DNA from: Azolla caroliniana
Lineage: Eukaryota; Plantae; Polypodiophyta
Length of the DNA stretch: 64,000 nucleotides
Direction of reading: 5' to 3'
NCBI GenBank assembly: GCA_043228905.1
Contig: JBHGNT010000012.1
Location: forward strand, 13,144,001-13,208,000
The position numbers and the translations under genes were made by a program. Under the pieces are notes generated by a model. It searched no databases. It was given only the letters and a program-made list of their open reading frames with translations, and had not been told where the DNA came from. Of this stretch, positions 24,932 to 38,200 are shown piece by piece (the stretch's first letter is position 1; each line of letters begins with the position of its first letter).

Positions 24932-27900
24932 TATTAGAGACATGAACTAATGTAAGCATAAAATACGGATAAAACATAGATTTAGATAGAAAGGAGAGAG
25001 AGAAAGAAGGGTGCTGATCCACCTGACCACCCCCGAGCGGAGGGATCGAGACAAACTCGAGCCTCGATCGGCGTCCCATACCACCGCCGTGGCGTCGAGT
25101 CGTACTTGGTGTTGGCGCGTTCGCTACAAGAGTTGCTCCACCACGAAACAGAGTCTCGACGTAGCCAAGACTCTTATTTATAGCGATACCCAAGGCCCCC
25201 AGGCAAGTCCACACTTGGCCTAATGGGTTTTCTAATCCCCGAAGATTAAATGTAATCCTCCCCTTCTTTACACTCTCGTTTAACCCTCACACTTATCCAT
25301 GTGTATAGAATACTACGGTAAATTCTCACCACGGGATATTATATGTTCATGCCCGTAACATACTCCCTCTCTTTAAAACATTGCACTCTTGCAATGGAAA
25401 GTTAGTTCTGAAAGAATTTTCGCATTCCCATGTGACATCTTTTATTGATTTATCCATCCATTTTATTTTAAATTCTCGGATTTCTTTAGTACGTAATTGT
25501 TTTGTTTTAACATCGAGAATTCTTTCTGGCACATGTGGTTTAGAAGATAATTCTTCAGAAGTAACTAGAGTTTCAGTTGTAACTGTATTGTCACCAGAAC
25601 CTAGAGGTTCTTTTAGAGAACTCACATGAAAAATTGGATGAATTTCAATACCATCGGGAAGAGCGAGATGATAGGCTGATGACCCAATGCGTTTGAGGAC
25701 TTTAAAAGGTCCACAAAACCGTGGGGCTAACATAGCGCACTTACCCTTAGACAATGTCTTAGAATTGTGAGGTACACGTAAAAATACCTTCTGTCCAAGG
25801 TTGAATACACGAGGTTGCCTATGATGATCGGCATAAAAACGTGCTCTATCTTGAGCTGTTTTTATATTATCTCGTTCAATATGCAACATATCTTCCATAT
25901 CCCGAAGAAAGTTTTGTGTACTTCGCAACTCATCATGATGTATATTAACATCGATTGGGGCTCGTGGCTAAAAACCATACATCAACATAAAAGGACTATA
26001 TCCTGTCGACGTATGCTTAGAGCTGTTCTAAGCAAACTCCAAAATTGGGAGATAACGTTCCCATTTTGTTGGTTTTGCACCAACGTATGCTCGAAGCATG
26101 TCCTCAATAATTTGATTTACTCGTTTTGTCTGTCCATCGGATTGAGGATGATCCGTGGAGCTCATGCTCAGTGTAGTTTCAAACTTCTTGAAGACTTGCA
26201 TCCAGCAGTAACTAGTAAACTTTGGATCTCGATCACTCATGATATCCATCGGTAACCCATAAAAAATGAAATAACTCGTCAACGAATTGGTAAGCCAATT
26301 CAAGAGTTGTTACCATGGTTTTAGTAGCCATAAATCTGACCATTTTTGTTAGTCTGTCAACGACAACCCAGATGGTATCATGGCCTTTTTGGGTGCGAGG
26401 AAGGCTAACAATAAAATCCATGGATATACTTTCCCATTTATTATTGGGAATGTCCAAGGGATGTAAAAGTCCTGCGGCTTTAAGTCGCTCGGTTTAGTCA
26501 CATAGCTATGTATGTCAGGGCACATCTTAGGCCAATAGAATTGAGTGGAGATTAGATCGAGTGTGCGATGTATTCCAGGGTGCCTTGTTGAGGATGCATC
26601 ATGGCATTCAAAAATAATTCTCTTTTCGACCTCAGGCAAATCTGGAACACAAACCTTCCCATTATGGTAGAGCAAACAGTTAGCAATGTGGAAGTATTCC
26701 TTCGAGGATGTGGTTGTGTCTGTTCGAGACTCAACTCTTGCCCAATATTTTGCAAAATAATTGTCATCAAGATCCTTTCCTCGAAGGTGATAATAAAGAT
26801 CTGAGGTTATTTCAGTGAATCTAAGCATGTTAACTTCATGGATGCGACTTAATGCATCAACGACAGTGTTCATGGAACCTTTACGATATCGTATCGAAAA
26901 ATCAAAGTCCTGAATGAGATCAGCCCATCATGCCTTACGACCTTTTAGGTCTTGTTGGTCACAAAAATATTTCAAGTACTCATGGTCCGTAGTTACCACA
27001 AAGCGATTTCCATAAAGATAATGGCGGCATGTTTTGAGCTCATGTAAAACTGCAAATAATTTCTTTTCTTGAACAGTATACCGACATTGAGCAGAATCAA
27101 GTTTCTTACTCTCGAATGCTATTGGTTTACCATCTTGATATAAGACAAGACCTATAGCATAATCGCTTGCATCGGTTTCAACCTCAAAAGGTTTTGAAGG
27201 ATCAGGTAAAAGAAGCGAAGGAGCCATGCACACGAGGTCCTTGAGCTCCTTAAAGGCGAGGTCTAATGTAGAATTACAGACAATAGGTTTTGTAGAGTTA
27301 TGCATTTGACCTTTTAAAAGATCAGTAAATGGAGTCGTCAATTGGGAGTAATTACGAAGGGACTTTCACAAAAACACGACAAAACCAAGGAATGATCGAA
27401 CTTCTCGAATATTCCGAAGCATGGGCCAAAGCTTGATTTTCTCGATGCGAAAAGGATTAATATGAACTCCTCGTTCGGTTATGAGATGTCGAAGATAAGT
27501 AATTGATTTCTTGAAGAACTCACATTTTGAGATCTTCGCATAAAATTGTTTGTCACACAATGTTTGTAAAACAAAGCGGACATGTTTAGCATGTTCTTGT
27601 AATGTACGGCTATAAACTAAAATAGCATCCAAAAAGGACATTAGAAATCTGACCTTTATGGTTTGCATCTTTAGCTTTGCTGTCGTGCTGTTTGCTTTGG
27701 AGCTTTGGGCATTACTCTTTTGTATGACCCTTCTTTTTGAAGAATACGCAAAAAGGATGTTGTCGCTTACAACAAAGCGGACATGTTTAGCATGTTCTTG
27801 TAATGTACGGCTATAAACTAAAATAGCATCCAAAAAGGACATTAGAAATCTGACCTTTATGGTTTGCATCTTTAGCTTTGCTGTCGTGCTGTTTCCTTTG

Positions 27901-30900
27901 GAGCTTTGGGCATTACTCTTTTGTATGACCCTTCTTTTTGAAGAATACGCAAAAAGGATGTTGTCGCTTACAATTGTGATCCATGAATTCGTTGGGTGTC
28001 TTGCGTTTCCCAGCGAATTGGGACTGTTTAGTCCCAGGAGCTTCGTTGGGTTTGTTGTGGTCCTTCTTTGAAGTGCGTTGATAGCGAAGAACTATTTCAA
28101 CCGCCTCTTCGATGGATTTTGGATCCTTATCGTGCACTATCCAGTGATAGTTCGAAATTGGGGATTCCATTGACAAAACAAGCTATTAACCAATTGTCCC
28201 CTTCTAGACCCAATTTTTGGATTTGGGTTCTAGCATGGTGGACATAGTCTTCTTGCGAGGAAAACTTCATGCTAGAGAGGTTCATTAAAGCTTGTGCTGC
28301 CTCGGTTTGAGAGGGAGGTTGCAGAAATTAGCCCTTAAAAACTATGGCCAAATCTGTCAAGGTATCGGGCAATTTCCCCAAAGTTTGGAGCCCACGCCAC
28401 AAGGTGGCGGCCTTACCCCCTAGTTCTCGGCCAACATATGCAATCTTCGTACTATCTGGCGTGGGATATTGCTCAAAATGAGACTCCCATTGGCCCAGCC
28501 ACGTGCAGATTGCTTCTTCGGTTCTTTCCTTTTTTTCTCCCGTAAATGGTTTAACGAAAAACGATGGTTCATCATGTTGCTCATCAGGTCTATTAGTCTC
28601 ACATTGTAAACTAATGACACGTGCCTCGAGAGCACTTTGAGATTGCTGAAGTTCGGTCATCTGTTGAGTGGTGAAACTAAGGTATTGGCTTATTTGTGAA
28701 ATATACATCTCAATGGACATTTGTTTAGGAGGATTTCCTTGAGTTCCTTCCGCTTGAGCGGATGACATCAGGTCGTTATTTTGAGCCATTGAATGATTAT
28801 TTCTGGCAAAGAAATAGGATAAGGTCAAACAAATAGTCATAACATCATGTCGTGATGTAAACATATCATGGACAAACATTAATCGATATCATGATCTCAC
28901 GTGAATACCCCTCTAGACGTATGCGATGAGTTTCATGATTAGGTTACTATGGTAACGCAAAGGTGTTTTAAAAACTATGGCGGTGACAAATAAATGTCTT
29001 TCCCTGATCTCTATATCAATTTTTTCATGGTGGCTCCCTGAGGCTCAACCATGTATGTTCGCGTCATGAATAGTTTATACACGAAAAAAATGTTAACAAT
29101 AAACTATGTTTCGGTGCCCACATATGTGGTTTCGGCTCTTTAAGTCCTATTACGAGGACCCCGAAGTGCACTTAGACCTCAAGTCTAAACATGTGTTATA
29201 GTCATATATGTATCAACAATGTTGTATGGTCTTGGCCATATTTGAACTCGAGACCTGGAGAACAAATGCATTAAACAGTTAGGCCAACCAAGTAGGTTTC
29301 TCTTCTTAAATGTTTAATATTTAATGCGTATAAGAGATATGCGAGGCATTTGCCCATGTATATATGTCAAGAGTCCCTATTTACCCCTCGTTTACCACAA
29401 ACTTTGTTGGTACGTTACTTAACCTCAAGTCTCGTAATTATGATGGCATATGCCAAAGTGCAACCTAATGGTCAAGCCAAATGAGCCCTCTTTTCGTAGT
29501 AGGCCTAAGTGGCCCATCATATGGTTACGTCATTACGAATGCCTTTCGTAAGAATGATCTCATGGTGGCATCGTATCCATGTAATGAGGGAGGGATGTTG
29601 GATATGTGTGTCATAAGAGCGACCTCACATGAAGTGGGTTAAGCCCTACGTACTCAACACCATTGTGGCTATGATTGTTTCATTATGTAACGAAATATAG
29701 AAGTGACCAATGGGGATGTCAACAAAAAATTGTTGAAAAAGGGATGGTGAAAACGCCATTCTCACAAAAATGTGAGGACGGCCACCAAGATCCTTTTCCT
29801 GACAAGGACAACATTCGATAGAAATCACGTAATATCAAATATACACGTATGTTTACTTATCACATATATATGATCAAATACGTATACACGTGACCACATA
29901 TGCGTACATTAAACAAATCGTTACATCAAATAGTTAGAAATGATGTAATCGAGATACTTAATCGACGCATATATCCTCTACGCACACGAAACATCCAAAA
30001 ATAAGGGTTCATCGTGATACGCAATTGAGGTATCGACCTCTTACGCATACGAGACCAAACGCATATCATTTACAACGAAATCGAGGTATTGACCTTAGAT
30101 GCATACGTAACATATGTATGGGAGTGTAATACGCAATTGAGGTATTAACCTCGTGCGCATACGACACTAATCACATATTCAATATATGTCAAATGAGGTA
30201 TTGACCTCATACACATATGCAAACGTTTTATACAACCAATTAATTACCACTACAACATCATTTAATTAATGAAAACAATTACATATAGACTATACACATG
30301 ATTAGATGGGAGAAGAAAAAATAGAAAAATAAATAAGGAAAGAGTTACCGAAGTTCCTTTCTTGATCGTTGTCTGGATCAAGGCCGACCGCACATCGATC
30401 GATCACCATCAATCAACAAGACAAAAGATAACAAAAGAAACATTAGAACATAGGCTCGGATAACAACTATTAGAGTCATGAACTATTGTAAGCATAAAAT
30501 AAGGATAAAAGATAGATCTAGATAGAAAGGAGAGAGAGAAAGAAGGGTGCCAATCCACCTGACCACCCTCGAGCAAAGGGATCGAGACAGAATCAAGCCT
30601 CAATCGGCATCCCATACCACCGCCGTGGCATCGAGTGGTACTTGGTGCTAGCGCGCTCGCTACAAGAGTTGATCCACCACGAAAAAGAGTCTTGACGTAG
30701 TCAATAAGATGATGAAATGAGGATAGCTAGGCCTCTTATTTATAGCGATACCCAAGGACCCCAGGCAAGTTCACACTTGGCCTAATGGGTTGTCTGAATC
30801 CCGATGATTAAATGTAATCCTGCCCTTCTTTACACTCTCGTTTAACCCTCACACTTATCCACGTGTATAGAATACTACGGTTAATTCTCACCACGGGATA

Positions 30901-30922
30901 TTATAATGTCATGCCCGTAACA
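24932..30922 (-). mobile_element. Family A copy A2: decayed, protease and RT N-terminus deleted
   Basis: LTRs 24932-25360 and 30468-30922, TSD CTTTG, TG...TA ends; gag, RH, IN and chromodomain fragments. Confidence 0.93.
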
Positions 30923-32775
30923 CTTTGAATCTTATTAATAGTTGTTCTCATGTTATCGGTATTCCAAAAGAAGCTAGGAACTCTTTAATAAACTCATCAG
31001 AATGATCCAAAATAGATTACTTTTTCTTAAGTAACGGTGCAAACCAAGCCAATGCTGTACTAGTCAATAGAGTCCCAACCAACCCTACTCGTGCGGAATC
31101 TATTGGATATCGAGTGGGATGCATTTGACATACTAGACGTACCTGATTTAGAAATCCTCGAAATTGTGATCGAGTACCATCAAACTTCGATGGGACACTT
31201 ATGTTGGGTTCTTTTGTCGAATTTGGTGCTTGTAATGCTTGTTGTCGCAATGTTATTAATGCCGCTTCAAGTTGATGAACCCTTTGAGTTAATTCTTCAT
31301 GGTGTTTGAGCTTTCTCGACATTCACTTGTTGTAAATCCCCGAGCAAGCTTTGATTCTCTTGCCCCAAGGCCATGAACTTGGTGCTCAAGCGTTCAAGAT
31401 CACCTAGAACGTGCATATATTCTTGTTCACTTACTGCTGCCATGTTTATGAGAAGATAGGATGAGAGGTTCCTTGGAAAAAAATGATTACAATGAAGAAG
31501 GTTAGGGATTTTTGTTCAAACTGTCAGGGCCGTAGCCAAAGATAAGTTTAAAATGAAGAAAAGAATGAGAATAAGAAAGGAATGAGAGAGAAATAGGACG
31601 TTGAAAATGTATTAACAATGAGAACAAGGGTTACAATAACAATGAGAACAAGGGTTACAAGAGTATGCCAAAGACTGGTGTTGAACCGGAATGGTTCATC
31701 AATACTTAGATACATGTTTATATAGCATGCTTTGGATACATGCATGCTCGCCACCTCATAGGCACACATGATTGCCATTTGGCATTCATGCAAGCATGAC
31801 ACTTGGTAATCATGCATTATCCTATGTGGTGGCGACGTTTCATAATGTTATATATGTTTCTTCCTGATTTAATTTAAAACTTTACATACATGTAATATAA
31901 TCCTAATGGTTGAAGCTACACATCATCTTTGAGGAGGTCATGGGTTCAAATCTCTATTACGAGTCTTGGAGTTTTGGTATATGTTCATGACAGCGGGGAG
32001 AAATCGAGCTGAGTTTGAAGAACTAAAACGAAGCCTTCATGACAAATTTGCGATGAAGGAACTTGGACAAGCCCGACACATACTGGGAATGAGGACTCTC
32101 TGACTCTCCCAGTTCGACTACATTTGTAAGGTGCTAAAGCACTTTAACCTGGAGAATGCAACACCAACATCGACTCCGCTACCGATGTTGACTAGACTGT
32201 CGGACAGAGGCTCTCCTTCAACATATGAGGAGAGAAAGCTCAATAGAAAGATACCCTACACATTGGCCGTAGGAAGTTGTGAGGAATAGTTCGGAATATC
32301 GCTTGGCCACAACCGAGTCTTGAATCACAGAAATGGGAAAGAACGAGAGAGTACACAGAAATGACACAGGATATTTACGTGGAAACGAATAGGGAAAAAC
32401 CATAGGAGTCCACAGACTCCAACTATCACTATGGGAGAAAGGTACAATTAGAGCCTCGAAGGCAACAACCTCAAGCTCTGTATCTTCGCCAACCGGCGGT
32501 TACAACAGAGTATCTCTCTGTATCTCACACACACACTTTCTCTGTCGCTCTCTATACAACAGTTACAACAGTATGACAACAACAACCATTTACAAAGTGA
32601 TTGCCCTAAGTCATATTTATACTTATATGAACTTAGGGCTATTTACAAATATAGCCTCAATAGGCTTACTGAAAACATATTTATAGATATGTCTTCTCTT
32701 CCGGTTCTCACCGGGTCCTCTTTATTCATCACCAGATCCCATCCGGAGAGACCGATTTCCCAACAATCTCCCCCT

Positions 32776-35232
32776 TCACTCTGACATGGGATATCTTGTC
32801 AGCCCGATTTGCTTTCGGCACGTGTCCAGCTTGTCGGTTGTCAGGACCTTGGTCAACATGTCTGACCCATTCTCCTCTGTGTGGATCTTCGTGAGCATGA
32901 ACTCTTGATCTTCTACTCTCTCCCGGATCCAGTGGTACCTCTGATGGATATGTTTTGTCTGGGAATGGTAGGCCGCGTTCTTTGCAAGGTGGATGACACT
33001 TTGACTATCGTAGTAGAGTTGGTATTCCTCCTGTTGGATTCCTAGCTCTCCGATGAAGTCCTTCATCCAGATTATCTCCTTACCGGCTTCTACAACTGCC
33101 ATGTACTCCGCCTCCGTGGTTGACAATGCAACCGTCTTTTGCAGCCTTGACTGCTAGGAAATAGCTCCCCCTGCATAGGTCATGACATATGCGGATGTAG
33201 ACCGAATGGTATCCGCATCAGCCGACATATCCGAATCCGTGAATACGTCAAGTTGGGGATTACTGGAGCCGAACTAGAGGCACATACTCGAGGTGCCTTT
33301 CAAGTACCAGAATATCCACTTGACCGCGTTCCAATGCTCTTTGTCGAGATCGCTCATGAACCGGCTCCCCACTCCGATTGCATATCCGATATCCGGCCGG
33401 GTACATACCATTGCGTACATCAAGCTCCCGACGACAGAGGCATATGGTAACTTCATTATATCCGTCTTCTCCGCCTTTGTCCTTGGGCTTTGTTTCCCTG
33501 ATAGCTTGCAATTTGCCGGAAGTGTTGATCCGACCGGTTTTGCCTTCGACATGTTGAACCATTGAAGCACGTTTGTCACATACTTCTCATGTGACAACCA
33601 CAACAACTTCTTCGACCGGTCCCGGATAATGTGCATTCCCAATATTTGTCTTGCCGGACCCAAGTCTTTCATTGAGAAGGTCCGGTTCAGAACCTTCTTT
33701 AGCATCCGAATCTTGCCTTGGTCTCCTCCGACGATCAACATATCATCCACATATAGGAGGAGTATCAAGAAATCGCCTCCGTCGAATTTCTTCACAAACA
33801 CACAGTGATTGGCCTGCGTCTTGTGGTACCCTTGGTCGGTCATGAAGGAGTCAAACTTCCGGTACCATTGCCGGGGAGCTTGCTTCAGTCCGTATAGGCT
33901 CTTCTTCAGCCGGCACACTAGGTGTTCCTTCCCTTTCTTCTCAAATCCTTCTGGTTGATGCATGTAGATCTCCTCTTCGAGATCACCATGGAGGAATGCC
34001 ATCTTCACGTCCAGTTGCTCTACCTCGAGGTCCATGCTTGCCGCTATGCCCAATACCGTCCGAATGGATGTCATCTTTACTATCGGGGCAAAGATCTCAT
34101 CGAAATCCACTCCTTTCTTCTGCTGGAAGCCCTTCGCCACGATTCGGGCCTTATACCTTGGTGGATTTTTGGCATCTCCCGGTTTGAGTTTGTACACCCA
34201 CTTGTTCCGGAGTGCTCTCTTCCCTTTCGGCAACTCCGTCAATTCATATGTGTGGTTCTCATGCAGGGAATCAATCTCATCCTGCATGGCACTCAACCAC
34301 TTGTGGCTGTGGGTGTCTAGTTTTGCTTCTTCGAAGCTTTCCGGCTCCCCCTCACCAGTTAGCAACACATGCTCTACATCCGGAAATCTCCGGGGGGCTC
34401 TTCTCTCTCGGAGAGGATATCTCCGTCCTTGGTTTCTGACTGCCGGTTCCTCCGTTTGTTCCTCATCCTCATCCGATTTAGGATCTTGTTCGGTTCCGGT
34501 GTCTTCTTCTTCTTCTTCTTCGGTCGGTTCGGTTTCTTGTCCGTATCCGACCGGTTCGTCGAGTGTCATCCGGTTACTGGCTAACATCCGGTTTTCAACT
34601 AGGTAGGTCCTTGTGTCCTCTAGCTGGTTTTTATTGGATGATCTAGAGTTAATCACCTTCTTCTCCGACACCCAGTCGGCAATAGTCTTGTCTTCCATGA
34701 AGACTATGTCCCGACTCCAGAACACCTTCTTGTCGACAAGATCCCACACCCGGTAACCGAACTCATCGCCGCCATATCCAAGGAATATGCATGGCCGGGA
34801 CTTTGGATCCAAATTTTCTCTCTTGTCCTTCGCCACATGCACGTAGGTGAGACACCCGAACACCTTCAGATGCCGGTAAGATACATCTTTGCCGGTCCAT
34901 ACTTTCTGAGGTGAGTCTCCTCCCGAGGGTATTGAGGGTGATCTGTTTATCACGTAGGTCACCGTCATCAACGCCTCAGCCCAAAACTTTTTGGGTAACT
35001 TGACAAGTGTGAGCATACTCCGGACTCTCTCCATTATGGTCTGGTTCATCCTTTTGGCCAACACGTTTAATTCTGGCATCTTCGGCATAGTAAACTCGAG
35101 CCGGATTCCCTTCGACTGGCATTACTCCTCGAACTGCCCCTAGTATTCTCCCCCATTATCTCCTCGAACCGCCTTCAGCTTCCAGCTGGTTTCTCTTTCC
35201 ACTCTCGCGTGGAGCTCCTCGAAGACGGATAG
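32776..35232 (-). pseudogene. Integrase-RT-RNase H of Copia D
   Basis: ORF 33274-35088 (EQLDVKMAFLHG, LLYVDDML) and ORF 32776-33126 (STTEAEY, TKHI). Confidence 0.92.
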
Positions 35233-38200
35233 TGTTACGGGCATGACCATATAATATCCCGTGGTGAGAATTTATCATAGTATTCTATACACGTGGATAA
35301 GTGTGAGGGTTAACGAGAGTGTAAAGAAGGGGAGGATTACTTTTAATCCTCGGGATTGAGACAACCCATTAGGCCAAGTGTGAACTTGCTTGGGGGCCTT
35401 GGGTATCGCTATAAATAAGAGGCCTAACTACCCTCATTTCATCATCTTTCGACTACGTCGAGACTCTGTTTCTCGGTGGTTCAACTCTTGTTGTGAGCGC
35501 GCCAGCACCAGGTATGACTCAACGTCACGACGGTGGTATGGGACGCCGATCGATGCTCGAGTCCGTCTTGATCCCTTCGCTAGGGGGTGGTCGGGTGGAT
35601 CATCACCCTTCTCTCTCTCTCTCTCTCTCTCTCTCCTCTCGATCTAGATCTATCGTTTATCCTTATCCTTTGCTTACATTAGTACATGTCTCTAAAAGTT
35701 GGTTTCAGAGCTCATGTTCTAATGTTTCTTTTGTTGGTACTGTCTTCTTGATGGATGGCGATCGATCAACGTGCGGTCGACCTTGTTCCAAACAGCAATC
35801 ACCAAAGGAACTTCAGTAATCTTTCTTGTTTTTTCTATTTTTTCTTCTCCCTTCTAATCATGTATATAGTCTATATGTAATTTTTTTATTAATTCAATGA
35901 TGTTGTAGTGGTAATTAATTGGTTGTATAAAACGTTTACATATGTGTATGAGGTCAATACCTCATTTGACATATATTGAATATGTGATTAATGCCACGAG
36001 GTTAATACCTCAATTGCGTATTACGCTCACATACATAAGTTAGGTATGCGTATGAGGTCAATACCTCGATTTTGTTGTAAATGATATGCGTTTGGTTTCG
36101 TATGCGTAAGAGGTCAATACCTCAATTGCGTATTATGATTAACCCTTATTTTTAGATGTTTCGTGTGCGATTAACTCTTATTTTTAGATGTTTCGTGTGC
36201 GTAGAGGGTATGTGCCTCGATTACGTAACTTGATAACATCATTTTTGGCTATTTGATGTAACGAGTTTAATATATGCATATGTGGTCACGTGTATACGTA
36301 TTGGATCGTATATATGTGATAATTTACATATGTGTATATAAGTTATTAAGTGATTTTAATATCGAATGGTTTCCTTTTCGGGGAAAGGATTTTGGTGGCC
36401 ATCCTCACATTTTTGTGAGAATGGCATTGTCACCATCCCTTTTTTCACCAATTTTTTATTGTTGAGATCCCCGTTGGTGACTTCGATTTTATTACGTAAA
36501 GAAATTCCTATAGTCACAATGATGTTGAGAATGTAGGGCTTGACCCACTTGATGTGAGGTCACTCTTATGACCCACATATCCAACATCCCTCCCTCATTA
36601 CATGGATACGATGCCACCATGAGATCATTCTTACGAAAGGCATTCGTAATGATGTAACCGTATGATGGGCCACTTGGGCCTACTACGAAAAGAGGGCTCA
36701 TTTGGCTTGACCATTAGGTTGCACTTTGGTGTATGCCATCGTAATTACGAAACTTGAGGTTAGGTAACGTACCAACATATTTTGTAGTAAACGAGGGGGA
36801 AATAAGGACTCTTGACATATATGTTTCTTTTAAAAAAACATACATGGGCAAATGCCTCGCATATCTCTTATATGCATTAAATATTATTTAACATTCAAGA
36901 AGAGAAACCTACTTGGTTGGCCTAAGTGTTTAATGCATTTGTTCTCCAGGTCTCGAGTTCAAATATGGCTAAGACCATACAACATTGTTGATACATATAT
37001 GACTATAACACATGTTTAGACTTGAGGTCTAAGTGCACTTCGGGGTCCTCGTAATAGGACTTAAAGAGCCGAAACCACATATGTGGGCACCAAAACATAG
37101 TTTATTGTTAAGATTTTTTTCGTGTATAAATGTCCATTGAGATGTATTTTTCACAAATAACCCAATACCTGAGTTTCACCGCTTAACAGATGATTGAACT
37201 TCGGCAATCTCAAAGTGCTCTCGAGGCATGTGTCATTAGCTAACAACATAAGACTAATAGACCTGATGAGCAATAGGGTGAACCATCGTTTGTCGTTAAG
37301 CCATTTACGGGAGAAAAAAAGGAAAGAACTGAAGAAGCAATCTATACGTGGTTGGGTTGATGGGAGTCTCATTTTGAGCCCTTTCCCATGCCAGATAGTA
37401 CGAAGATTGCATATGTCGACCGAGAACTAGGGGGTAAGGCCGTCGCCTGGTGACGTGGGCGCCGTACTTTGGGAAATTGCTTGATACTTGGAGAAAATAT
37501 GTGATAGTTTTCAAGGGCCAATTTCTGCAACCTCCCTCGCAAACTGAGGCAGCTCAAGTTTTAATGAACCTCTCTAGCACGAAATTTTCTTCATTAGAAG
37601 ACTATGTCCACCATGCTAGAACCCAAATCCATAAATCGGGTTTAGAAGGGGACAATTGGTTAATAGCTTGTTTTGTCGATGGCATCCCCAATTCGGACTA
37701 TCACTGGATAGTGCACGATAAGAATCCGAAATCCTTCGAAGAGGCCGTTGAAATAGTTCTTCACTATCAACGCACTTCAAAGAAGGACCACAACAAACCC
37801 AACGAAGCGCCCAGGACTAAGCAGTCGCAATGCGTTGGGAAATGCAAGACACCCAACGAATTCATGGATCACGATTGTAAGCAACAACATCCTTTTTGCG
37901 TATTCTGCAAAAAGAAGGGTCATACAAAAGAGCAATGTCGAAAGCTCCAATGGAAAGAGCATGACAAGAACGCTAAAGATGCAAACCATAAAGGTTAGAT
38001 TTCTAATGTCCTTCAGGTCTATACACATCATTTAAGTAATTGTCAATGTTCTTTCCCTCACTATGTATTGGGTCCCAATGATTTACTACATGCAAACAGG
38101 TATATCAATGGATCTCATGTACAATTTTTATTTGATTCGAGAAGCTCACACAACTGTGTGAATGATCGTTTGGTTCAGATATGGGGAATCCAACCCAGCG

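Larger units (their letters stand above)
16861..31992 (-). mobile_element. Old Tcn1-like Gypsy B0: 5' LTR 31522-31992, gag, PR, RT, RH, partial IN; interrupted by C2 and A2
   Basis: gag KEPNISVPSKFDGTRSQFRGFLNQV, PR ALLDSGANSCF, RT IYLDDILI, RH FHSRKF; homologous to element B. Confidence 0.88.

Noticed and set aside
34034-34606. 190-aa plus-strand ORF and similar long antisense ORFs
   Set aside because: Antisense shadows of Copia/Gypsy pol coding sequence
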